Origin: an uncultured Candidatus Saccharibacteria bacterium
GTDB lineage: Bacteria > Patescibacteriota > Minisyncoccia > Phycocordibacterales > UBA12088
Direction: 5' to 3'
DNA: 64,000 bases
Assembly: GCA_964459635.1 (NCBI GenBank)
Contig: CAYWMQ010000001.1
Location: forward strand, 8,342-72,341
Part shown: positions 7,802 to 17,300 of the stretch, piece after piece
Position numbering within the stretch: the stretch's first letter is position 1
Layout: each line of letters opens with the position of its first letter
Translations under genes and position numbers: made by a program
Notes under the pieces: generated by a model
What the model saw: the letters and a program-made list of their open reading frames with translations, nothing else
The model's database searches: none
Told to the model about the DNA's origin: nothing

Positions 7802-8572
7802 ATGTCCAACCGTACCTACATCGCCTTCCAAACCATCGTCCGCAAAGAGGTCGTGCGCTTTATGCGCATATGGTCGCAGACGTTGCTGCCCGCCGTTATT
7901 ACCGCCACACTCTACTATGCGATATTTGGCGCTTTTTTGGGCGAGCGTATCGGGCAGGTGGAGGGAGTGTCCTACATCGCATTCATAGTACCCGGGCTTG
8001 TGATGATGGCGGTGATCACCAACAGTTACAGCAACACGGTAAGCAGCTTTTTCGGTTCGAAGTTCCAGAAAAATCTTGAGGAGCTTATGGTGGCACCCGT
8101 GCCGCACTGGGTGGTGATAGCGGGTTACACGGTAGGCGGTGCGTTGCGCGGGCTTCTGACCGGCATACTGTCGCTCGCAGTCGCGCTTTTCTTTACCCGC
8201 TTGCCCGTGGCCCACGCAGGACTCGTGCTCGTGTTTTTCGTGCTCACGGCGGTGCTTTTTTCACTTGCGGGGCTCATCAACGGTGTGTTTGCCAAGGGCT
8301 TTGACAGCATTTCGATATTTCCCACGTTCGTCCTCACGCCGCTCATCTACCTCGGCGGTGTCTTTTACCCCATTTCTGTTCTGCCGCCTTTCTGGCAGTC
8401 GGTATCGCTTGCGAACCCTATTCTGTACCTCATCAACGGCTTTCGGTACGGTTTCCTCGGCGTGGCGGATGTGCCCGTCACTGGGGCGCTTGCAGTCTTG
8501 GTAGGCTTCATCGTTGTGCTTGCGGCGGTGCTGCAGTACCTCTTCGTGAAAGGCTACGGGCTACGCAGTTAA
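7802..8572 (+). CDS. yadH: ABC-2 type permease, YadH-like
   Basis: RFMRIWSQTLLP, SSFFGSKFQKNLEELMVAP, PLIYLGGVFY, NPILYLINGFRYG; about six TM segments. Confidence 0.88.
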   Translation: MSNRTYIAFQTIVRKEVVRFMRIWSQTLLPAVITATLYYAIFGAFLGERIGQVEGVSYIAFIVPGLVMMAVITNSYSNTVSSFFGSKFQKNLEELMVAPVPHWVVIAGYTVGGALRGLLTGILSLAVALFFTRLPVAHAGLVLVFFVLTAVLFSLAGLINGVFAKGFDSISIFPTFVLTPLIYLGGVFYPISVLPPFWQSVSLANPILYLINGFRYGFLGVADVPVTGALAVLVGFIVVLAAVLQYLFVKGYGLRS

Positions 8573-8583
8573 GCGGGCAACTC

Positions 8584-8616
8584 AAAAAGAGGAGACAATG
8601 CCATGGTTGTCTCCTC
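8584..8616 (-). terminator. intrinsic terminator, possibly bidirectional
   Basis: GAGGAGACAA..TTGTCTCCTC stem preceded by AAAAA (U-tract on minus strand), between convergent genes. Confidence 0.65.
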
Positions 8617-8637
8617 GTAGGTGCGTGCTTGCATTGC

Positions 8638-8838
8638 TCATTGCATGACCTTGGGCTCTTGGAGTGCCTGATGCTCAAGGGTGAGCAATAGCACTTCTTT
8701 TTCCAATGCCTCCGCAGTGGCAGTATCGCCACATGCTTGAGCTTGAGTCATTTTTGCCAGCAGGAGCTCAGCGCGCGCGGCCAAGTCCATCAGCGCCACT
8801 ACCAAATTTACATCGGTGTCCAAATACAGCATCATCAC
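8638..8838 (-). CDS. small hypothetical helical protein (~65 aa)
   Basis: GGAGG near the start, TTGACC upstream on the minus strand, and a terminator downstream. Confidence 0.55.
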   Translation of the reverse strand: MMMLYLDTDVNLVVALMDLAARAELLLAKMTQAQACGDTATAEALEKEVLLLTLEHQALQEPKVMQ

Positions 8839-8927
8839 CTCCGTCGCTGCATCTAACTTTAGTTAAGCACCCTGAGATAAGAGGTCAATACGTCCTCGGG
8901 TGCATAAGTGTAAATCCACGCTTGCCC

Positions 8928-8957
8928 TTGACTTACCTGCTCAACAAGGCGTACTAT
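8928..8957 (+). promoter_or_regulatory. sigma70 promoter
   Basis: TTGACT-18nt-TACTAT. Confidence 0.5.
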
Positions 8958-8980
8958 GTCGGCAGCAACGGAGGACGGAA

Positions 8981-9136
8981 ATGAGAAAAGTTTGTTCCGG
9001 GTTTTTTGAGATGCTCATTCGATGGCTCACGCCGCATATCCCACCAAGGGATGTTAGCAGCGGCTTTGACCGTATACAGGAGCCCGCGGGCGCGTATACG
9101 GGTCCCGTGGTGGTTGGTCGGGGGCGACAGGGATGA
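8981..9136 (+). CDS. small protein (51 aa)
   Basis: SD GGAGG, ATG 8981: MRKVCSGFFEMLIRWLTPHIPPRDVSSGFDRIQEPAGAYTGPVVVGRGRQG. Confidence 0.55.
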   Translation: MRKVCSGFFEMLIRWLTPHIPPRDVSSGFDRIQEPAGAYTGPVVVGRGRQG

Positions 9137-9294
9137 AGCAATTAGACGAGGCTACCGCCCAGGCGGCGCGGGCTGCCATCGACCATCATCATTCCGAGCA
9201 GGCATCGCCGTGCTGCATGCGCACGTTGGCGGAGGAAGTGTGCGACGCCTTGAGCGAAGCGTTCCGTCAATTGCGTGCCTGGTTCAGCAATTGA
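9133..9294 (+). CDS. small His/Cys-containing protein (53 aa)
   Basis: ATGA overlap with the upstream stop: MKQLDEATAQAARAAIDHHHSEQASPCCMRTLAEEVCDALSEAFRQLRAWFSN. A terminator follows. Confidence 0.55.
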   Translation: MKQLDEATAQAARAAIDHHHSEQASPCCMRTLAEEVCDALSEAFRQLRAWFSN

Positions 9295-9302
9295 CGAGAG
9301 CG

Positions 9303-9328
9303 CGGCCGACCCATTGGGTCGGCCGTTT
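9303..9328 (+). terminator. intrinsic terminator
   Basis: CGGCCGACCC-ATT-GGGTCGGCCG-TTT. Confidence 0.7.
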
Positions 9329-9332
9329 CGTG

Positions 9333-9848
9333 TTATGCCCGAGCGCCCGGGCGTTTATGTTGCTCCTTCCCCACGTAAAATGCGCCTTCGTCGTAGTGCT
9401 CAAGCGTGAGCCAGAGCGCGGAGCATGTTGCTGCCGTGGCGTTCTGATAGAGTACGAGCGGCATGAGTCTCTTGTACTGTCGCAAGCATTCACGTCGCAC
9501 GGCATAGTGTCCCCGCTGTCGACCGCGCACATCCGGAAGTAGCGGTGCCGGAAACACGAAGCTGCAGTACCGCTCGTAGTCTCGTTGCAGCCCGTCCAGT
9601 TCATTTGAGCCCTGCGAAGCCGAGATCATTACCCACGCGTTGTGGAGAAAAGCGGCAAGCGCCTTATATCCTCGTATGTCCCCCGTCCCGTATACATGTC
9701 CTTGATCCACTTCACGAATAAAGCACCAACGCAGCATTTTCAGCATGGTCTGTTGGGCCGGCGTGAGCATGGTGAACGTACTGAGTTCGCGAAGCATGTG
9801 CCCAAAATGGCGGGCATTAAGTGTGCAAGGTGCAGGAGGTGTCTGCAT
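9333..9848 (-). CDS. hypothetical protein (~171 aa)
   Basis: Within ORF 9333..9884. GGGAG precedes ATG 9848; co-oriented downstream of the P-type ATPase. Confidence 0.55.
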   Translation of the reverse strand: MQTPPAPCTLNARHFGHMLRELSTFTMLTPAQQTMLKMLRWCFIREVDQGHVYGTGDIRGYKALAAFLHNAWVMISASQGSNELDGLQRDYERYCSFVFPAPLLPDVRGRQRGHYAVRRECLRQYKRLMPLVLYQNATAATCSALWLTLEHYDEGAFYVGKEQHKRPGARA

Positions 9849-9909
9849 GCGTGTTCTCCCAAATTCTTGTGTTACTATGCACAATTTGAGCGCGGATGTC
9901 GAATGTCCG

Positions 9910-12432
9910 CTATGATCTACGGTGCTGCGCCAGGACGCTCACGTACCGGTAGTACATGAGCTTCACCGCTTCTGAGCTCACGAAGTACGCAGCGACGACG
10001 CCAAGGATGAGGGCGAGGTGCGGCGCGGTGGGCACACTGAAGCGAAATATGTCGGCAAGGAAGGGCACCAGAGGAACCACAAGCGCCATGAGTGCAGCAG
10101 CGACCGTGAGCAGCATAATAGTGAGCGGCGGGCGCGTGCCGCGGTAAAAGGGCAGGTGCGTGCGAATGCAAAAGAGAAACACGAGTTCCGTAAGTACGCT
10201 CCCGATAAACCAGTTCGTTTGGAGGACCGAAGGATCATAGGCGTGAAAGAGTCCAAAGAGCACAAAGTCGTAGAATGTGCTCACGAGTCCGAGCAGCGTG
10301 GCTATGAGCAAGATGTCGTGCACGTTTTGTGTGCGGGGACGCCGTACCTCTGAAGCGTCCACGGTGTCGAGTGCGACGGCCATCATGGGAAAGTCGGACA
10401 GGAGGTTGAGGAGCAGTATCTGAATGGGGAGCATGGGAAGGAAGGGAAGAAAGAGTGACACAATGGCGACCGCGTAGAAGTTGCCGAAGCTCGATGCCAT
10501 GGTGGCCTTGAGGTATTTGCTTGTGTTCGCACCTGCAATGCGCCCGGCACGTATGCCTTCAACAATGACCCCAAGGCTCTTCTTTAAGAGCACTATGTCC
10601 GCCGCGTCGCGCGCAATGTCGCTTGCACTTTCCACTACCAGTGACACGCTCGCGCGCCGGAGAGCAGGCACATCATTGATGCCCTCGCCCAGAAAGCCCA
10701 CTTGATAGCGCTCCATGAGCAGTGAAACGATATAGTGCTTTTGCTCCGGCGATACGCGCGCAAACACATGCACGGCTTGGGCCGCATCTCGCTGTCTCCC
10801 CGCGTCAAGCGCCATAAACTGCGAGCCGGTGAGCACGTCGCCTTGGTGTTCAATAAGCCCGATCTTTTGGGCGACCGCTGCAGCCACTTCGGGACTGTCG
10901 CCCGTGATGACCTTTACCATAAGTCCGAGATCACGAGCGTTCCGTATCGCTTCGGTGGTACTTGCTTTCACCGGGTCATGAAACGCGAGGTATCCGCCAA
11001 AGTGTAAGTTCTGCGGTTTTTGTGTCGCTCCGGTCGCGTCTTCCGTATCGTCCAGGTACCGTTCAGCGACAGCCAATACCCGCTCACCGCTTTGCCCGGC
11101 GCGCACGCTCCATGCCTGAGCATCCTCATGTGACGCGTCCGGAATGCAGTGCAAAAGTACCGCCTCCGGACTCCCACGCACGACAAGCCTTCTGCGTCCG
11201 GCTTCTTCCGCCACTACCGCGTTAATGCGAAGCGCGGGGTCAAAAGGCGCATGGGCAAGCGTTCGTGCTCGTCCTGCCGCTTCCCGTTCATCGCGTGTTG
11301 CGGCAGCCCAGAGCGCTGCGTCAAATGGTTCCAAGCGTAAGCCGTCCGGGTCGCTTGCCACAAGTCCGAGGTACAGTGCATGCCCTCTGTCTCCGTGCAC
11401 GTCGCCCAGCGTCAAGCGGTTCTCGGTGAGTGTGCCTGTTTTGTCGGTACAAAGGACCTCAATGGAGCCCAGGCGCAGAATAGCCGCGAGCCGGCGTACT
11501 ACCACGTGCCGGCGCGCAAGGTCGCTGGCGGCTCGGGAAAGCGTGAATGTGGTCACCACAGGTAGCGCTTCAGGTATCACGCCCACCGCAAGTGCCACGG
11601 AAAAAAGCAGCAGGTTCGGGATGTCCGCGTCGCTTCCGGAGATGAGTAGATGGAGCAGGAATACAACGCCCAGTGTCGCTATGATGAGGCGGAGGATGAA
11701 CGAACTTACGCCCACCATGCCGCGCTCATAACTGGAGAGAGTATGAGTCTCGTGCGCGAGTTGTGCAAAGTCACCCAGCGCACTTTCTTTGCCTGTGGCC
11801 ACCACGACGCAGAGTGCCGCGCCGCGCAGCACCGTGGTCCCCGCAAAGCAGATGTTTTGTGCGTCCGTGCGCTCAAGGGGAGGGGTATGCATCGTCTCGG
11901 CGCTTTTTTCGCGCGGTACGGACTCTCCCGTGAGAATTGACTCGTCCACGAGTAGCGACTGGCACTCGATAATGCGCACATCTGCCGGTACGCGGTCACC
12001 TGTTTCAAGCCGCACGATGTCACCGGGCACGAGCTCTTCTGCGCCTATGCGGAGCGACACACCATCGCGTACCACGCGCGCCCTGTCGCGCACGTACTGT
12101 TTCAGCATGCGCAGTGTTTGTTCGGAGCGGTACTCCTGCCAAAAGCCGAGCGCGGTATCTATTGTGATAAATGCGACTATGAGTCCCGCATCCATGGGCT
12201 CGCCGAGCAAGTACGCAAGGAGCGCCGACGCAGCCAAGAGGTACGTAAAGGGCGCGTGCAGCTCGGCGGCGAGTATGTGCCAAGCAGAGCGTGTATCGCC
12301 GGGGAGAATGTTCGCACCGCCTTCGTTCGCGAGCGATGCGGCACGTGAGCGCGAGAGGCCGTACTCGTGCGACACGCCGTACTCGCGCAGGAGTGCCTCT
12401 CGGGCGGTGCATGCAACGTGTGCGAGATCCAT
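9910..12432 (-). CDS. mgtA: Mg2+-transporting P-type ATPase (MgtA/MgtB-like)
   Basis: TGES, PEALP, DKTGTLT, TGD, GEGIND, NTSKYLK..SSFGN, FLPFLPMLPIQILLLNLL. Start taken at ATG 12432, 6 nt after the -10-like TACGCT. Confidence 0.88.
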   Translation of the reverse strand: MDLAHVACTAREALLREYGVSHEYGLSRSRAASLANEGGANILPGDTRSAWHILAAELHAPFTYLLAASALLAYLLGEPMDAGLIVAFITIDTALGFWQEYRSEQTLRMLKQYVRDRARVVRDGVSLRIGAEELVPGDIVRLETGDRVPADVRIIECQSLLVDESILTGESVPREKSAETMHTPPLERTDAQNICFAGTTVLRGAALCVVVATGKESALGDFAQLAHETHTLSSYERGMVGVSSFILRLIIATLGVVFLLHLLISGSDADIPNLLLFSVALAVGVIPEALPVVTTFTLSRAASDLARRHVVVRRLAAILRLGSIEVLCTDKTGTLTENRLTLGDVHGDRGHALYLGLVASDPDGLRLEPFDAALWAAATRDEREAAGRARTLAHAPFDPALRINAVVAEEAGRRRLVVRGSPEAVLLHCIPDASHEDAQAWSVRAGQSGERVLAVAERYLDDTEDATGATQKPQNLHFGGYLAFHDPVKASTTEAIRNARDLGLMVKVITGDSPEVAAAVAQKIGLIEHQGDVLTGSQFMALDAGRQRDAAQAVHVFARVSPEQKHYIVSLLMERYQVGFLGEGINDVPALRRASVSLVVESASDIARDAADIVLLKKSLGVIVEGIRAGRIAGANTSKYLKATMASSFGNFYAVAIVSLFLPFLPMLPIQILLLNLLSDFPMMAVALDTVDASEVRRPRTQNVHDILLIATLLGLVSTFYDFVLFGLFHAYDPSVLQTNWFIGSVLTELVFLFCIRTHLPFYRGTRPPLTIMLLTVAAALMALVVPLVPFLADIFRFSVPTAPHLALILGVVAAYFVSSEAVKLMYYRYVSVLAQHRRS

Positions 12433-12608
12433 AGAAAGAGCGTACTTCGAGGGTAGCACGGAAGACGACCGTGCAGGCGGCATAATCCACAGTTCGCGCG
12501 AGATGCGCGACGCGATCTGTCATTGTCGACCATCCCCGACAGCGCACAGCTGTCAGCACGAGATCTGTGGAAAACACAGCATTAACGGCGCGGTGCTTGA
12601 TACAATAT

Positions 12609-14345
12609 ATGCATAAAGAAAAATATCCCAGAAAACGGGACTTTTCGTCACGCATGCCGCATCGCCGACACAACAATTTTGACGATGAATATACGCTGGT
12701 ACTTTCACCACGGCAGCGTCCCTCCGCGGGCCTTCTAAAAAGTGGCTTAAAACAAAGCCGAAGTGTGCAGGCGCGAGGGTCGCCTAGGTCTAACGCGCCA
12801 CGCGCAGGGCCGGTGCGACCTTACCCGCCGTCCAGCGCTCAGGTCGAACGAGTGCCGCACCAGATACACGACACGTCACGGGAAGGAGACCTTCGCGCGG
12901 CTTTCGGTATTGACGGCATAGTGGGACGCATGGTCGCACGTATTTTACTGCTTCTTGTGCTGTTTCAGCCTATCTACGTGGCGTTCGGCATGGAGCTCGG
13001 CGATGCAGCAAGCAGTGAGCAGGGAGTAGTGAGCAGTGTCGAAAACGACGCCGAAACCACCAACGAGCAAAGTACTGAGACGAATGCGCAGGATGCTATG
13101 AGCAGTACGGAAAATGCTGCAGATATGGCGAATGTCACTGATGGTGATGGCGCAGACCCGGTAACCACTACGAGTTCGGACAGAGCTGACGCTGGGCCAA
13201 TAGACACCGATGAGTCTGCGACGAATGCGGACGAAGATGCCGCTACGAGCACGGTACCCGATACTCAGTCAGAGATACCTGCCGACGAGGCGAGCAAGGA
13301 AGAGGAAGGGGCGGAAGGCGCTACAAGTACCGATTCAGTGACGAGCGATATAGACGAAAACGCGACCGAGGAGAGCAATGAGGGTACGGAAGCGAGTACG
13401 GAGATTGAAACGCAGACCAACACCGCAAGTAGTAGCGAAGCCTCAGCAACGTCGACAGAGGAAGAAACAATGGAGCCTGTGCTCCCGCCAGCGCCGCTTG
13501 CCCACAGTACCTCATCATACACGTTTGGCGTGGGTGACTGTACGCTCGTAGCAAACGGTGAGTTCTATTGCATCGCTGCGAGCGCCGACCGGGTTGTGAA
13601 TGGCGACCCGCGCGTTTATGCCGAGAAGGACCGTGAGGGTGACAGGGAGATCTACTACTTTGACGGCGTGGAGGTGCATCGCATTACCAACAACGGCTAC
13701 GATGACTTCGCGCCCGTCTTCGACGAGGACACGAAGCGCATCGCGTGGAACGCGATGATACAGGACCGCACACAGGTGATGCTGCACGATATTCAAACGC
13801 AGACCACTCGGCAGGTAACACAGAGCAGTAACACAGCAGGTACACCGCACCTCTTCCACGACTCACTCGTGTGGCAGGAGTGGGTGGACACCAATTGGGA
13901 AGTCTTTCGTGCGGACGCGGATGCGCTCGCGGCGGGGGCTGACGCGTCGGCAGAGCGCCTAACGGACAATGTAGTGCACGATATGTTCCCGCGCGCATAC
14001 GAGGGGCTTATTACATGGCAGCGCGAAAAGGGGCACTCATGGGAGGTGGTAGTGTACGATCTGCGGACACAAAAAGAGCACGCGCTTGAAAAGGAGGAAG
14101 ACACTAAGTACGAAAACCCCCGCTTCGTCCTTTTGTTCGACTCGCGCCATGAAAACGGGGACGTGGAGACGGTGGGCTACGACCTCGACTCGGGTGAAAT
14201 GATGGAGCTCGGCACCAAACCGCGAAGTATCCCCGCACATCCCCAGACGCCGCGCGACGAGACGGAGGATGCACTCCCGAGCGTAAGTCCCATGAATAGC
14301 GTAAAGCCTCTGCGTGATGATGCGGAGGGTACGGATGAGCTATGA
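12609..14345 (+). CDS. membrane-anchored protein with acidic linker and C-terminal TolB-like beta-propeller
   Basis: TM ILLLLVLFQPIYVAFG, long D/E/S/T-rich linker, repeats 'REIYY..RITNN.YDD..P' and 'WEVF..RLTDN..HDMFP'. ATGA overlap with the next gene. Start uncertain (12567/12609/12654). Confidence 0.7.
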   Translation: MHKEKYPRKRDFSSRMPHRRHNNFDDEYTLVLSPRQRPSAGLLKSGLKQSRSVQARGSPRSNAPRAGPVRPYPPSSAQVERVPHQIHDTSREGDLRAAFGIDGIVGRMVARILLLLVLFQPIYVAFGMELGDAASSEQGVVSSVENDAETTNEQSTETNAQDAMSSTENAADMANVTDGDGADPVTTTSSDRADAGPIDTDESATNADEDAATSTVPDTQSEIPADEASKEEEGAEGATSTDSVTSDIDENATEESNEGTEASTEIETQTNTASSSEASATSTEEETMEPVLPPAPLAHSTSSYTFGVGDCTLVANGEFYCIAASADRVVNGDPRVYAEKDREGDREIYYFDGVEVHRITNNGYDDFAPVFDEDTKRIAWNAMIQDRTQVMLHDIQTQTTRQVTQSSNTAGTPHLFHDSLVWQEWVDTNWEVFRADADALAAGADASAERLTDNVVHDMFPRAYEGLITWQREKGHSWEVVVYDLRTQKEHALEKEEDTKYENPRFVLLFDSRHENGDVETVGYDLDSGEMMELGTKPRSIPAHPQTPRDETEDALPSVSPMNSVKPLRDDAEGTDEL

Positions 14346-17300
14346 GTATGCGCGAATGGTGGAGCGGCTATGATGTTTTCGGGCACGTAAAGCGTGTGTA
14401 CTTTCTCGTGCGCGGCGTTTTCAACCGATGTGCTCAGGCTCTGCGCGCGCGCATAAGTGCTGTGGGCGCAGCCACTATAGGCAGCACGCTCGTGCTTGTG
14501 GGCATTTTCATTTTTGCGTGGCCGCAGCTTGCGCCCTTCCTTGGCTTAGGTGAAGCGCAAGCGGCGACGTATCGCTTCCAGACAGGGTACTACATGGGTG
14601 ACGGCGGCTCGAAAGCTATCACGGGGCTTGGCTTCACGCCGGACTTGGTCATCATTAAAGCGGACACTGCTGCGGGCACCGGCGCCATCATGAAAACGAG
14701 CGTTATGCCACAGAACTCCGTGGCGTACCTCGGTGTCGCCACTGCAGACGATGTGACGGGGCAGATCCAACTTACGTCGGACGGCTTCGTGGTGACGGGC
14801 GCGCTCACAAACACCGCCGGCGCCCGGCATGTGTACATGGCGTTCGGTGGCTCAGATTGCGGCGCCGGTGGCCAGTTTTGCGTCGGTGCATTTACGGGTG
14901 ATGGTAATGCGAGCCAAGTGGTATCAACGGGTTTTTCTCCGGATCTGGTCTTGGCGAAACCAACAACGGCCGTACTTGCCTCTTGGCGCTCAAGCAGCAT
15001 GGCAGACAATGTAGGTCAGTACTTCGCTGCGGCAGCGGAAGACAACACCGGTACGCTCTTTACGACGCTTGACGGTAATGGCTTTTCGGTTGGTAGTGGC
15101 AATAACACACCTGCCACCACCTACCATTTTGTTGCGTTTAGAGAAGCGAGCGGTTCAATCGACGTTGGTACTTACACAGGAGACGGGCTGGACAATCGTG
15201 CGCTTACCGGTGTTGGCTTCGCGCCAAATTTTGTCTTTTCGAAGCAAACAGGTGCGTCGAGCACGATCTTTAACGTAAGCGAGACCTACGGCGATTACTC
15301 GGGCTTTTTCATTGACGCAGCGAACGCGGCTGATGCGATTCAGTCGCTCGACAGTGACGGTTTTTCCCTCGGTACGAGCGTCACAGCAAATGCCTCAGGT
15401 GTGCCGTACCATTACGTCGCGTTTGGCGGCGCTATTGCACACACTGCGAGCGGCACATTTAAGGCTACGTCAGGCACATACACAGGGAATGGTACCGGGC
15501 AAACCATTGTGGATCTTGCGTTTGAGCCTGACCTGGTGGTGATAGCCGCGAGCGGTACGCAGTATGCCGTGTTTAGGACGCGCGATATGGGTAATGATTC
15601 GACCGCGTTTCTTGCGAACGCGGCGGCTAACTTTGCAGGCGGCATTACGACCTTAGGTACAAACAGTTTTACTCTCGGTAACAGTGCCACCGTGAACGCC
15701 GCCGGGGTCGAGTATGTCTGGACCGCCTACGGCAATGCATGGGATCCGGAGACACACACAGGCGCAGCGGACTTCACGGTGGGCATGTACTATGGCAACG
15801 GTCTTGATAACAGGGACATCACTCGACTGCCGTTTGCTCCGGACTTTGTCGCAGTGAAAAGGAGCGGCGCTACCCAAGGTGTGTGGCGTTCGAGCGAGCA
15901 CAGCGGCGACTTGTCCAGCTTCTTCCATGGCGCTGCGGAGGCGGCAAACAATATCCAAGCGCTCACATCCGATGGCTTTGAGGTGGGTACTGCGGCAAAC
16001 GTAAACACCGCCGCCAATCTCTACCCGTTTTTTGCGTTTGCTACGAGCTCGTCTTTTGCGGTCGGGACATACAGCGGTACGGGTGTGGCGCAGACCGTTG
16101 CGACACCTCTGGCGCCGGCACATGTGTGGGTGAAGCAGACGGGAGCTGTAGCAGGCGTGCTTAAGACAGCGAGCACTACCGGCTCGACTTCTCTCTCCTT
16201 TGCTAACACCGCGCCGCAACAAGACGGCATTGAACAGCTTACCGGCAGCGGCTTTCTCGTAGGGGCAAGCACCACGGTGAACGCGGTTGGCGTCAACAAC
16301 TATCGGTACGCTGCGTGGCGCGATACCGACGTGCGCGGTACCTCTACCTATCGCATGCAGACGGGGTATTTCGTGGGAAACGGAGGCAGTAAGGATATCA
16401 CGGGCCTCGGCTTTACGCCGGACTTGGTCATTGTGAAAGCTGACACAAACGCCGGTACGGGAGCCACGTGGAAGTCAAGCGCAATGCCGCAGCAGGTCAC
16501 CGCACACTTGGGAAGTGCGACGGCGGACAACACGGCGGGTCAGATCACCCTCATTGAGGGCGGTTTTCGGGTAGCAGGCGCAAATACGAGTGCCGCTAAT
16601 ACCAGGTATACATATGTCGCCGTGGGCGGCAGCGACTGCTCTGCAAGCGGCACCTTCTGTGTGGGCAGGTTTACCGGCACAGGGGCGGCGACGCTTTCAC
16701 TCACGACAGGCTTCTCGCCCGAACTCGTGTGGGTGAAACGCTCCACGGCGGTACTGCCCTCTTGGCGCTCGAGCACGATGGCGGTCAATGTGGCAAACTT
16801 TTTCAGCGCAACGGCGGAAGACGCAACCGGGGCCTACTTCACTACGCTCGACGGCAGCGGCTTTACGGTTGGCACCACAAACAATGCAAGTGGAGGCTCG
16901 TATTACTTTGTGGCGTTTTCGGAAGCCGCAGGTGCTGTCGACGTGGGTACGTACACCGGCAACTTGACCGTGGACAGATCAATAGCAGGTGTAGGCTTTT
17001 CTCCCGACTGGGTATTTACCAAACAAACAGGTGCATCGGCCGCTGTCTACAACCAGCGTGAGTCATATGGTGACCACTCAAGCTATTTCGCGGACACCGC
17101 CAACCTCACGGACGCTATACAGGTACTGGAGGCAGACGGCTTCCAGGTGGGTGGTAACAGCACAGCACATGCAAACGGAGTGGTGTACCACTACGCCGCA
17201 CTCGGCGGCGCACTTGCACACGCGGCGAGTGGGACGTTCACCACCCTTTCGGGGTCGTACGTGGGCACCGGCGATGCCGGCCAAGTCACGGGACTGGGTT

